From positions 1,380,001-1,412,000 of the forward strand of contig CBDCNV010000002.1 in assembly GCA_965219535.1 (NCBI GenBank): a DNA stretch of 32,000 nucleotides, in the 5' to 3' direction. Under the pieces are notes generated by a model, which saw only the letters and a list, made by a program, of their open reading frames with translations, had not been told where the DNA came from and made no database searches. The DNA is from Opitutales bacterium (lineage in GTDB: Bacteria; Verrucomicrobiota; Verrucomicrobiia; Opitutales; PNEW01). Made by a program: the position numbers and the translations under genes. Positions 1 to 8,275 of this stretch are shown here, piece by piece. How positions within the stretch are numbered: position 1 is the first letter of the stretch; each line of letters opens with the position of its first letter.

Positions 1-588
1 AGGGATCAATCTCGAGCGTGGACGTCCGGGTAAACCCCAGGATAACGGTGCCCATGAGCGTCTCCATCGCGATATCAAAGAGGAGTTGCAAAAACATGCC
101 CAGGACGATCTTCGCACCCAACAGGTGGCCTTCGATCTGTGGCGCAAGACCTTCAATGAAGAACGCCCCCATGCGGCTCTTGCCATGAGCACGCCCTCTG
201 AAATCTATCAGCACAGCTCTCATCCTTACGGTGGCACTCCTGCCGATATCAGCTATGATTTGATGACTCGCCGGGTCTCAAAAAGCGGGTCTATCAAACT
301 CGATGGCTTCCAGATTCCTATCTCCACCGCCCTCGCCGGTTGGAGCGTTGGACTAAAACCACTAGACACGGTACACTTCGATGTTTACTTTGCCACTCTC
401 AGAATCGGTCAGATTGACCTTTCAACGGCTGCTTTCATTGGGGCCGCTTGCGGCCCCAACAATGCCAGCCAAACCTCTAAAACCGCATAACATTAACTTA
501 ACTATATAACCCGATTACCGTTCAGCATCCCTCACAAAGTGTAAACCATGTCTTGATCTAAATCTGTAAACCATGTCCTGGTTGTACC
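1..588 (+). mobile_element. Right-hand 588 bp of an IS481-family insertion sequence (left part lies outside the window)
   Basis: Reads identically to 22608-23195 of the complete copy, with the same 134-aa translation in the ORF track. Identity ends abruptly after GGTTGTACC at 588/23195, which fixes the shared right terminus. Confidence 0.9.
2..490 (+). CDS. DDE (rve/integrase-type) transposase, C-terminal fragment; 5' end off-window
   Basis: In frame with ORF 86..490. The translation equals the C-terminal part of the 396-aa transposase at 21907..23097, including the PGKPQDNGAHERLH catalytic-Glu region. Confidence 0.9.
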   Translation, partial: GINLERGRPGKPQDNGAHERLHRDIKEELQKHAQDDLRTQQVAFDLWRKTFNEERPHAALAMSTPSEIYQHSSHPYGGTPADISYDLMTRRVSKSGSIKLDGFQIPISTALAGWSVGLKPLDTVHFDVYFATLRIGQIDLSTAAFIGAACGPNNASQTSKTA

Positions 589-603
589 GTTTTAAGTCAA
601 TTA

Positions 604-644
604 CCTAAAACCTAACACTTAACACCTAAAACGCGCGAAAGCGC
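604..644. repeat. (CTAAAAC/TTAACAC) heptamer array followed by the mini-hairpin GCGC-GAAA-GCGC
   Basis: CCTAAAACCTAACACTTAACACCTAAAAC + GCGCGAAAGCGC. On the minus strand this reads hairpin then GTTTTAGGTGTT..., 53 nt after the stop of 697..3567. Confidence 0.8.
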
Positions 645-652
645 TTCCCTCC

Positions 653-705
653 TTCGACTTTCGACCTTCGACTTTTGACACGCGCTGATGCGCGCTTCAG
701 CGCGC
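653..705. repeat. (TCGACTT)-type array plus two overlapping GC hairpins; the second carries the stop codon of 697..3567 in its loop
   Basis: TTCGACTTTCGACCTTCGACTTTTGACA, then CGCGC-TGAT-GCGCG and GCGCGC-TTCA-GCGCGC (TCA is the reverse complement of TGA). Confidence 0.8.
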
Positions 706-3567
706 GCCCCCTTCCGTCCGAATCCTAGGATCGAGCCACATGAGGAGAAGATCGCTGACGAGGGTACCGAGGACACCGACGAGGCTGAGGACCATGAGCA
801 TCGATCCGGCCAGGTACATATCCTGATTCATTAGAGCATCAAGCATCAGGGGGCCGACGGTGGGCAGACTCAGGACCATGGCGACGATTGCACCGCCGGA
901 AATAAGTTGGGGAAACAGGGTGCCAATCGCTGAGATGAAGGGATTGAGTGCGATGCGCACAGGATATTTTAAAAGTACATGAATCGGTCGCACTCCTTTT
1001 GCCATCGCGGTTACGACATAGGGTTTTTTTAATTCATCGAGCAGGTTGCCGCGCATCACACGGATCATGCTCGCGGTGCCAGTGACCCCGAGAACAACGA
1101 CTGGGAGCCAGATGTGTTGCATGAGGTCTGCCGCTTTGCCCCAACTCCATTCGGGACGCCCGGCGTATTCGGGTGAATATAAGCCCGTCATGCTGATGCC
1201 GAAATAGAGATTACTCCAATACATAAGCAAGAGCGCGAGGAGAAAACTGGGGACGCACATCCCGATAAATCCGAGGAAGGTGAAGAAGTAATCACCAATC
1301 GAGTATTGTCGCACGGCAGAGTAGACACCAATCGGCAGGGCGATCGCCCAGGTAAAGAGTATGGACCCCAACGAAATTAAAAAAGTAAGCAGGATGCGGT
1401 CACCGACAACTTCGTTTACCGATGTTCGGCTCTCCATGGAAAACCCCAGGTGACCCTGGAGCAGACCACGTTCTACAGACTTAAAGGAGAGAAACCAGGG
1501 AAGACCAAGCCAATTGACGTACTGCCTGAAAGTGGATACATCGGTGGGATAGATTTCCCGCAATTGCTCGGCTTCAATTTTCGCTTGATCGTCACCAGTA
1601 TACTCTGCCTGTAAAATTTTTAAATCTATATAATTTGATGGAGGTAACTGAATGATGGTAAAAGAAATGATCGAGATAAGAAGTAAAGTAGGCACCATAA
1701 TAATGAGACGTCTGCCTATATAGGGGTGTTTAAATCCCATGAGAATCAGTCCCACCGCGATGATACCTAATATAATGTGAAGGACAACCCGACCGAAAGA
1801 GTCATTCCCTTTTGTTTCAAAGGTGACTGCATCAAGTGTGTGGGACGGGGGTGTAATCTCGGTCATTTCCCTTTTTATTTGTGCGATAACCCCCGGTGAA
1901 TCGTCCGGTTCCTCGAAATAGTAAGCTTCAAGTCCACCACTGGCAATGCTCTCATAGGCACCCCCGTAAAGCGCGTTACGGGGCACGCTCTTAAATCCCT
2001 TCTTCACGATCGCTACCCAGGGTTGACCGGTCGTAATATTAATATTCCAGAGATTATCCACCGCGATATCCTGAATTTTACTGTAAATAGCCGTCTGTTC
2101 TTCAAGGGTTAGCGCGCTGAAAGCCTCATCGAGCAGCTCATTAGCGCGATTGGGATTGTACTCAATAAAACTGTTTTTGAGTTCTTCATGGTAAAAGGGC
2201 GATTCCACTCCCGGTGAACCCTGTGTGGGCACACCGACTCCATAGTAAACCGCATCGATGATCTGTTCTCGATTGATGGCGAGAGACAGCGCTTGCCGAA
2301 AGCGTTTATCCTTGAGCAATTCCCTTTTCGGTTTGGACATGGGATCATGGGGATTAATATTTTTATTAAGATTCGGTAAAATACCCCACATCCTAAAGCC
2401 GGATGGATACCAATGATAAACATCATACCCCCCCGCTTCCCGTTGAGACATAAATAGAGTGTAGTGTAAAAAATAGATATTAACGGCCTGCATCGTAATG
2501 GCTCCACTCGCCGCGGCGATGGGGACCAGTTTGGATGACTTTACATCTATAATAAAGCGGTCTACGTAAGGCAATTGATTGCCCTCGGTATCAACCGCCC
2601 AGTAGTAGGGATTGCGAACATAGGCTTGGGGTGGGTTGGACTTATAAGTGCGATATATCCAGGGCCAGATACGGGGATAGTCCGGATTGTTATTGAGTCT
2701 AAGGCTAACGTAGAGTGCTTTTCGCGTAGGTATTTTTTTGGCTTTCATCGTGGCATCGATTAGCTCTTCGTTGCCAAGCTCAGGGTGATACTTTTCCATG
2801 TAGTGACGGGGTGAATAAAAAGAATCTTCAAATGGCAGGCGTTCCAGAAATAATCCATGGGGATGGGAAAAAATAATCTTCACTGTGTAGGGGTCTATTT
2901 TTAGAATTTCACCGCTTTCTCCCTTCACTTTCATGGAATTTGGGAAGCGTGTTAATTTTTGTTTTACCTCATCGTTCCACCAGAAGAGAATATCATCAGC
3001 GGTAAATGGATGGCCGTCGGACCACTTCATCCCCTCGCGCAGGTAAAATATCCATTCTCTCTTGTCAGGCGAAACCTCCCAACGCTTAGCGATGTGAGGG
3101 ACAATGGGATCACCTAGAGGTGACCAGCGTACAAGGCTGGTTCCAGTCATATAATCATCAATACGGTTGACCGTAAATATAGTGTTAGTGATCATATTCC
3201 AGGTGCCGCCGTAATTGCCGAGGCCGTCCCTTCCCTGAATGACCACCGGCTCGGGTCCCACGCGCTCCGCGACCGGTGGCAGTTTTCCCTCTTCTACCAG
3301 TTCCGCCAGGATTGGAGACTCCCCTTTAGGGTACCAACTGCCGGATTCGCCCTCGCTGTAGTCTACGTCGTGTTGTACTTTGTATACATCTTCTTCACCG
3401 AAACTGATGTCTCTCAATTCCTCTGTCGCTTCGATATATTCAGGACTGTAATGAATCGGTTCGCGTTCCAGTTCAGGCTTCATCAACGCGCCCCAGAAAT
3501 AAGCAATACCGAATACACCGCAGCAGGTAAGGAGGAAAAGCCCGCAATATTTAAAAACACGTTTCAC
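697..3567 (-). CDS. Fused ABC-importer protein: N-terminal membrane anchor + family-5 (peptide/nickel/oligosaccharide-type) solute-binding domain + DppB/OppB-type permease. The binding domain carries an internal deletion relative to the paralog.
   Basis: 956-aa ORF. Anchor VFKYCGLFLLTCCGVFGIAYFW. SBP5-like region (YGGTWNM..., PYVDRFIIDV...). Permease N-terminal TM RRLIIMVPTLLLISIISFTIIQLPP and EAA-loop region KPYVVTAMAKGVRPIHVLLKYPVRIALNPFIS. GTG start with in-frame TAA TAA just upstream. Strongly similar to 11727..15002. Confidence 0.85.
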   Translation of the reverse strand: MKRVFKYCGLFLLTCCGVFGIAYFWGALMKPELEREPIHYSPEYIEATEELRDISFGEEDVYKVQHDVDYSEGESGSWYPKGESPILAELVEEGKLPPVAERVGPEPVVIQGRDGLGNYGGTWNMITNTIFTVNRIDDYMTGTSLVRWSPLGDPIVPHIAKRWEVSPDKREWIFYLREGMKWSDGHPFTADDILFWWNDEVKQKLTRFPNSMKVKGESGEILKIDPYTVKIIFSHPHGLFLERLPFEDSFYSPRHYMEKYHPELGNEELIDATMKAKKIPTRKALYVSLRLNNNPDYPRIWPWIYRTYKSNPPQAYVRNPYYWAVDTEGNQLPYVDRFIIDVKSSKLVPIAAASGAITMQAVNIYFLHYTLFMSQREAGGYDVYHWYPSGFRMWGILPNLNKNINPHDPMSKPKRELLKDKRFRQALSLAINREQIIDAVYYGVGVPTQGSPGVESPFYHEELKNSFIEYNPNRANELLDEAFSALTLEEQTAIYSKIQDIAVDNLWNINITTGQPWVAIVKKGFKSVPRNALYGGAYESIASGGLEAYYFEEPDDSPGVIAQIKREMTEITPPSHTLDAVTFETKGNDSFGRVVLHIILGIIAVGLILMGFKHPYIGRRLIIMVPTLLLISIISFTIIQLPPSNYIDLKILQAEYTGDDQAKIEAEQLREIYPTDVSTFRQYVNWLGLPWFLSFKSVERGLLQGHLGFSMESRTSVNEVVGDRILLTFLISLGSILFTWAIALPIGVYSAVRQYSIGDYFFTFLGFIGMCVPSFLLALLLMYWSNLYFGISMTGLYSPEYAGRPEWSWGKAADLMQHIWLPVVVLGVTGTASMIRVMRGNLLDELKKPYVVTAMAKGVRPIHVLLKYPVRIALNPFISAIGTLFPQLISGGAIVAMVLSLPTVGPLMLDALMNQDMYLAGSMLMVLSLVGVLGTLVSDLLLMWLDPRIRTEGGAR

Positions 3568-3576
3568 GTGTTATTA

Positions 3577-3610
3577 GTCAAAAGGTCAAAAGGTCAAAAT
3601 GTCAAAAAGG
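3577..3610. repeat. (GGTCAAAA)4 octamer array, 9 nt upstream (minus strand) of the GTG start of 697..3567
   Basis: GTCAAAAGGTCAAAAGGTCAAAATGTCAAAAAGG. Near-identical array at 15013-15044. Confidence 0.9.
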
Positions 3611-3746
3611 ACTCAATATAGCATGTGTATTAATTAGAGATTTTAGGTTGATTATTGTAATCCAAATCTGTTGACAGGAAGGATAGGCGAGCGGAACATT
3701 TTGCGTACCATGAGAACGTACAGCGAATATCTTGGAGATAGTATGA

Positions 3747-4649
3747 ATGAATGAGACATCGCCATTTGTAGACTGTACGGATATGATCGGGGATCGCGAT
3801 CGTCTCCTCGATCACGGTCGGAAGAATGGTTATTTCTATTTTCCCGGACTACTGCCTGTAGATCCTGTACTCGAGCTGCGTCGACACGTGCTCCGAGTAG
3901 CGGAAGAGCACGATCTCCTCGAACCGGGCACCGATCCCAATGACGGCATCCGCAGAAACGGGGTCTTCATTTACGAAGAGGATGGAACCGAGACCTTCAG
4001 ACGCTATTATATCGACATCCAAAAACTTAAACTATTTCACGAACTTCCCCATCACGAACGTATAGTAAGTGTGCTGGAAACACTTTTCGACGAACCCGTC
4101 TTTGTTCACCCCCGTCACATATTTCACATCGTCTTCCCCGGTGGGCATCAGTCTACTACACCACCGCATCAAGACTTTCATCCGGTTCGCGGCACGCGAA
4201 ATACATGGACCGTGTGGACACCGCTAGGCGATTGTGACCCCGAGTTGGGTGGTCTGGCGATCGCAAGGGGTTCTAACCGTTGGGGTTTCCTGAAAGACGA
4301 CGATGTCCGTTCAGGGAAGTTGTTTGAAAACGATACAGAATGGGCTTGGAACCCCTTCAAATGTAGCGATGTCCTCATGTTTCACAGCTTGTCGATTCAC
4401 CGCGGGCGCAACAATATGAGTGAAGACCGTATACGACTCGCGACGAGTGCACGCTACCAGCCGGTCTCCGAACCTATAGATGAAGCGGCTCTCAACGTAC
4501 ACATGAATTGGGCGAAATGGGAGCAAGTCTATTCTGAGTGGGAAGCAAACGATCCACTAAAATATTACTGGAAGTCTGTCGACCTCGATGTCCAACCCGC
4601 CCACCATCTCCGTAAATCAAAAAAAAAGAAAACCGCTGAACCCTCCTAA
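3747..4649 (+). CDS. Phytanoyl-CoA dioxygenase (PhyH)-family Fe(II)/2-oxoglutarate dioxygenase
   Basis: 300-aa ORF with an HxD motif (TTPPHQDFH), the distal His in LMFHSLSIHRG and a conserved Arg region (RIRLATSARYQ). Divergent from 697..3567. Confidence 0.85.
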   Translation: MNETSPFVDCTDMIGDRDRLLDHGRKNGYFYFPGLLPVDPVLELRRHVLRVAEEHDLLEPGTDPNDGIRRNGVFIYEEDGTETFRRYYIDIQKLKLFHELPHHERIVSVLETLFDEPVFVHPRHIFHIVFPGGHQSTTPPHQDFHPVRGTRNTWTVWTPLGDCDPELGGLAIARGSNRWGFLKDDDVRSGKLFENDTEWAWNPFKCSDVLMFHSLSIHRGRNNMSEDRIRLATSARYQPVSEPIDEAALNVHMNWAKWEQVYSEWEANDPLKYYWKSVDLDVQPAHHLRKSKKKKTAEPS

Positions 4650-4657
4650 CTTAAAAC

Positions 4658-4721
4658 GCTTGGCACGCCATAGTGAAACGACGGCGGCTAACACTTAAAA
4701 CTTAACACTCATGCGTGCATG
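4658..4721. repeat. Mosaic of a CCATAG...GACGG motif copy, a (TTAAAAC/TTAACAC) array and the small palindrome CATGCGTGCATG overlapping the start codon
   Basis: GCTTGGCACGCCATAGTGAAACGACGGCGGC + TAACACTTAAAACTTAACACTC + ATGCGTGCATG. Confidence 0.7.
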
Positions 4722-5765
4722 AAATTACTATCCGATAAAGTCATATATCAAGACGGTCGGCACAACGCCTTCACTTCGCTCGTGCCATGGAAGGGGAAAT
4801 ACTGGCTTACCTTCAGGAATGGGACACACCATAAGTCCGATGATGGACGGATTTATGTCATCAGCTCGCCTGACCTGGAAAATTGGTCTGAACCTCAGTC
4901 GCTTATTGATACAGACATCGACGATCGAGATCCGACCTTATATGTTTACGACGACCAGCTTTTTCTCATCAGTATGTCTTACGATCGCCAGTTGCATCCG
5001 GGAGAGAAAGAGCGCCGTCTTGCGAGTAAAAAAAGTTATCTTGTCCACAGTGTGGACGGTGTGACATGGACCGATCCCCAATTAGCTCTGCCGGAGAACC
5101 GTGTCATCTGGTGGGTAGCTAAAGGTCCCGACGCTAACTATGCTTCCGTTTATCACGTGGATACTGCTTTCGACGGTCCCGCGCGTTCATCATTATCAGA
5201 ATTGTGGCGGAGCGTCGATGGATTGCAGTGGGAAAAGGTTGGCGTCATTTCTGATGAACATAGGGCGACTGAAGTGGCCCTCGCTTTTTTGCCTGACAAT
5301 CGTCTGTTCGCTTTCATTCGGCACGACGCGCACGATAAGCCGGAGATTAAATATTCTTCGCCTCCGTATACCGATTGGACGACAGCCTACCAGTTTGATT
5401 TCAGACACAATGGACCTTGTATAGGGCTTGTCGGCGACAAGCTGGTAACTTCAAGCCGCGCGTTTTTTGTCGAAGATGAAAAGACACCGCTAGCGGACGA
5501 ACGTTGTCGGGAACGCAAGCGCGGTTTGATTATGGGGGTGTTTGATCCGAGCACCCTTCAATGGAAACCCGAAATGGCTATACCTCATTCCCGCGGGGTG
5601 AGGGGCCCAGACGATCCGGACTGTCATGAGGTACCAGACATGAACTGGCCGGATGTTTCCTACGCCTCCATCTTCGCACTAAGTGACACCCAATTTAAAA
5701 TGGCTTACTACGAAGGTTTCAAAGGTTGGCCCTCCGATATCCGACTCGCGACCTTCTCCTTTTAG
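4719..5765 (+). CDS. Asp-box (BNR-like) beta-propeller protein, sialidase-fold-like; function unknown; no signal peptide
   Basis: 348-aa ORF with three SxDxxxW-type Asp-boxes: SSPDLENWSEP, HSVDGVTWTDP, RSVDGLQWEKV. Confidence 0.6.
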   Translation: MKLLSDKVIYQDGRHNAFTSLVPWKGKYWLTFRNGTHHKSDDGRIYVISSPDLENWSEPQSLIDTDIDDRDPTLYVYDDQLFLISMSYDRQLHPGEKERRLASKKSYLVHSVDGVTWTDPQLALPENRVIWWVAKGPDANYASVYHVDTAFDGPARSSLSELWRSVDGLQWEKVGVISDEHRATEVALAFLPDNRLFAFIRHDAHDKPEIKYSSPPYTDWTTAYQFDFRHNGPCIGLVGDKLVTSSRAFFVEDEKTPLADERCRERKRGLIMGVFDPSTLQWKPEMAIPHSRGVRGPDDPDCHEVPDMNWPDVSYASIFALSDTQFKMAYYEGFKGWPSDIRLATFSF

Positions 5766-5772
5766 AGGAGGA

Positions 5773-5811
5773 GCGCTGACGCGCGTGTTAGGTGTTAAGT
5801 ATTAGGTTAAG
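5773..5811. repeat. GCGC-TGAC-GCGC mini-hairpin followed by a (GTGTTAG/GTGTTAA) array, 8 nt after the stop of 4719..5765
   Basis: GCGCTGACGCGC + GTGTTAGGTGTTAAGTATTAGGTTAAG. This is the terminator-like orientation on the + strand. Confidence 0.75.
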
Positions 5812-5926
5812 AAGGTTCACGGCTCGCTGGAATATTGGAAGAATGGAAGTAAGGATGATTGGGGAGATAACTGAAGAACCCGTCCTGAGTATGACCGAAG
5901 TAATTTTCCATCCATCCAACTTCTTC

Positions 5927-5987
5927 TAATCCACAATCCGCAATCGCAATTCGACTACCGAGCCCCGCAATCGCGTGGGCGACATCC
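5927..5987. repeat. (AATCCRC/AATCGCA) array followed by a copy of the TACCGAG-hairpin-CGACATC motif (long-stem variant)
   Basis: TAATCCACAATCCGCAATCGCAATTCG, then TACCGAG + GCCCCGC-AATC-GCG(T)GGGC + GACATCC. Confidence 0.75.
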
Positions 5988-6005
5988 ATCATTGAAAGGC
6001 TCCCT

Positions 6006-6812
6006 TTACGATTTCAGGTTTTTGACCATACTTTGGATTCGCGGTCGCTTGCTCTTTAGAAAGGCTTCATGGGGATGGAATATATATGCGGTGTTTTCCT
6101 TAATTAAATTGATATGTTCATCTGTCATCGGCTTCGCCGCGAATTTCATGGCGATATATCTTCGCCTTTCACCCAGTCCCCCATAGACGGCATGGTATGC
6201 GTTCTGATGGAAAATGACAACATCTCCGGGATTGGATTCGATTGCATGGGAGGGAATGTCTGAACTCACCACACCGAATGGCAGACTTGAATGACCACTC
6301 GGATTACTCTCATCTAAACTCCTCAATCCTTCATATTTCATATGATACTGCATAAGCGGATTGAGAGAATCATGATAGGGTGAACGATGAGATCCGGGGA
6401 TGACGCGCAAGGCACCGGTCTCTTTCGTTGTCGGCTCGAGATAAAGGTGAACTTTAAGGCGCGTATAGGTATTCTGATTTTTACCTGGACGATCATTATG
6501 CCAGGTGGTGCTGATTCGCCCTATCTGGCCTTCCGATCCTGCCCAGATAAATTCCGGCCCGAGCAAGAGTTCAATGACATTATATATACGGTCGTCTTCA
6601 ACGAGCGAAGTTAACTTCGGGTGTTTTTCGAAAATCGCGGCTACAGCAGTAGCACCGCTGTATTCACCACCGCCCTCGGGTAACCCTTTTTCAACAGCCC
6701 AAATTTCCTCGGCTGCAACCGTGATTGTTTCCATCTCCATGGGTGAAAACACCTGTCGCAAAACGAGAAACCCGAACGTTTCGAAAAAAGCTAAATGTCC
6801 TGTTTTTACCAT
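6006..6812 (-). CDS. PhyH-family Fe(II)/2OG dioxygenase
   Basis: The ORF track gives 6006..6839 from a TTG. I prefer the ATG at 6812 (MVKTGHLAFFETFGFLVLRQVF, a typical PhyH N-terminus). HxD in TTWHNDRPG, GALRVIPGSH, distal His in VIFHQNAYHAV. Confidence 0.8.
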   Translation of the reverse strand: MVKTGHLAFFETFGFLVLRQVFSPMEMETITVAAEEIWAVEKGLPEGGGEYSGATAVAAIFEKHPKLTSLVEDDRIYNVIELLLGPEFIWAGSEGQIGRISTTWHNDRPGKNQNTYTRLKVHLYLEPTTKETGALRVIPGSHRSPYHDSLNPLMQYHMKYEGLRSLDESNPSGHSSLPFGVVSSDIPSHAIESNPGDVVIFHQNAYHAVYGGLGERRRYIAMKFAAKPMTDEHINLIKENTAYIFHPHEAFLKSKRPRIQSMVKNLKS

Positions 6813-6945
6813 CAATTTATATTGTGTGGGAATGCACAACTTCAGTCAATGGGCATGCGCTATGTTTTTGGTTAAGAAGGTTCCCTTCGACTACACTCAT
6901 GGCGGGCAGGATTATCTGGTCTTCAGGACATCCGGCTTTCTCTTT

Positions 6946-8054
6946 TTATTGTTGCGCTTCCAGTTCACCGCCTTCAAGTCCCAGTGGTAAAGGCGCAGGT
7001 CGCTCAATAGTGCTTTCAACATGAATGTATTTTCCGTTAGTGGAGGATTCAATGAGTGACTCCATCACATCAAGTACGTGGTAGGCTAATTCACCGTTAC
7101 AGCGGTTTTTTCGTTTTCCTCTTATCGCACAGGCCATGTCGGCAACTCCTATGATGCGCATTTGGTTGGTGTAACCATGAGAAAGGGGAACTGACTGCCA
7201 GCCTTCATCCCCGGGTTTATTAATGTAAACCGGGCCATCGAAAATATTCGGATCGGGAACTTTCATACTGCCTTCCTCTCCATGAATTTCTATAGGGTGG
7301 TTGCTATGATGCCATACATCAAAACTCATGATCAGTGTTATCAGGGCCCCACAGGTAAATTCAAGTGTTCCCGCAATATGAGTGGGAACATCGACGGGAA
7401 TTACTCTGATTGCTTGATCTTCACAAGTGGCAATCCGTTCTTTAAATGTAATGGCCGATAGTGCGCACACGCGTTTGACAGGTCCCAGCAGGTTTACGAG
7501 TGCGGTAATATAGTAAGGACCAAAATCGAATAATGGGCCCCCTCCTTTCTTATAAAGAAATTCAGGAATCGGACATTCGCTATCACTGTCTTGTTCCATA
7601 AAAATTGCAGTTCCCGATACCGCTTTCCCTATACACCCATCGTCTATCATCTTGCGGCAGGTTGAAGACCTCCACCGAGGAAAGTGTCAGGTGCACATCC
7701 TACCAGGAGCCGTTGCTTTTGCGCCAGGTTGATAACAGTCATCCCTTCTCTTCGTGTTAGAGCCAACGGCTTTTCACAATGGACATGCTTACCGGCATGC
7801 AATGCCTTTAAATTAACTTCGGTATGAGATTGTGGTGTTGTTAAGTTTAGGACGATTTCAACGTTGCTCGCTTTCAACAAACGCTCAACAGGTATGGCTT
7901 CGATTCCATGTTCTTTTGCCTTCTGTTTTGCCACCTCCTGCTTTATATCCGCGCAAGCAACGATTTGTATATTGGGAAATAATTTGGCAGCTTTCAGATA
8001 GATTTCGCTGATTTTCCCACAGCCAATGACACCTACATTTACTTTATTATTCAT
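6946..8054 (-). pseudogene. Gfo/Idh/MocA-family NAD(P)-dependent oxidoreductase split into N-terminal Rossmann (7647..8054) and C-terminal (6946..7650) ORFs by a 1-nt frame change at an ATGA stop/start overlap
   Basis: The N-terminal ORF has VGVIGCGKIS and the EKP motif and ends ...GGGLQPAAR*. The next ORF starts MIDDGCIGK..., which continues the canonical single-polypeptide sequence. Minus strand reads GCA AGA TGA / ATG ATA GAC. Confidence 0.7.
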
Positions 8055-8082
8055 TTAAAAAATCCTGCATTGCAGGTTTTTA

Positions 8083-8116
8083 GTCAAAAGGTCAAAAGGT
8101 CAAAAGGTCAAAATGG
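8083..8116. repeat. (GGTCAAAA)4 array, 28 nt upstream (minus strand) of the ATG of the Gfo/Idh/MocA gene
   Basis: GTCAAAAGGTCAAAAGGTCAAAAGGTCAAAATGG, preceded by the palindrome CCTGCA-T-TGCAGG at 8064-8076. Confidence 0.9.
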
Positions 8117-8146
8117 AAATTCACATAAGCAGTGATTTTTATGGAG

Positions 8147-8166
8147 GGACGCGCTCCGTCGCGTCC
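8147..8166. repeat. 7-bp-stem hairpin GGACGCG-CTCCGT-CGCGTCC
   Basis: Perfect inverted repeat read directly. Confidence 0.8.
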
Positions 8167-8185
8167 GCTTCAATCGACAATCGAC

Positions 8186-8275
8186 ATGGCCTTTTGACTC
8201 TATACAATCCGAAATCGTAAATTGATATGGCCTTTTGACTTTATACAATCGACAATCGCAAATCGCAAATTGATT
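8186..8275. repeat. Tandem duplication (41 + 49 bp units) ending at the start codon of 8276..9037
   Basis: ATGGCCTTTTGACTCTATACAATCCGAAATCGTAAATTGAT / ATGGCCTTTTGACTTTATACAATCGACAATCGCAAATCGCAAATTGATT. Confidence 0.85.

Noticed and set aside
3568-3610. Assigning a specific sigma-70 promoter to the stacked TTGACA/TTGACC hexamers
   Set aside because: No convincing -10 hexamer lies 16-19 bp downstream of any unit, and only 9-10 nt separate the array from the start codon. I kept this as a hypothesis in the findings and did not annotate a promoter.
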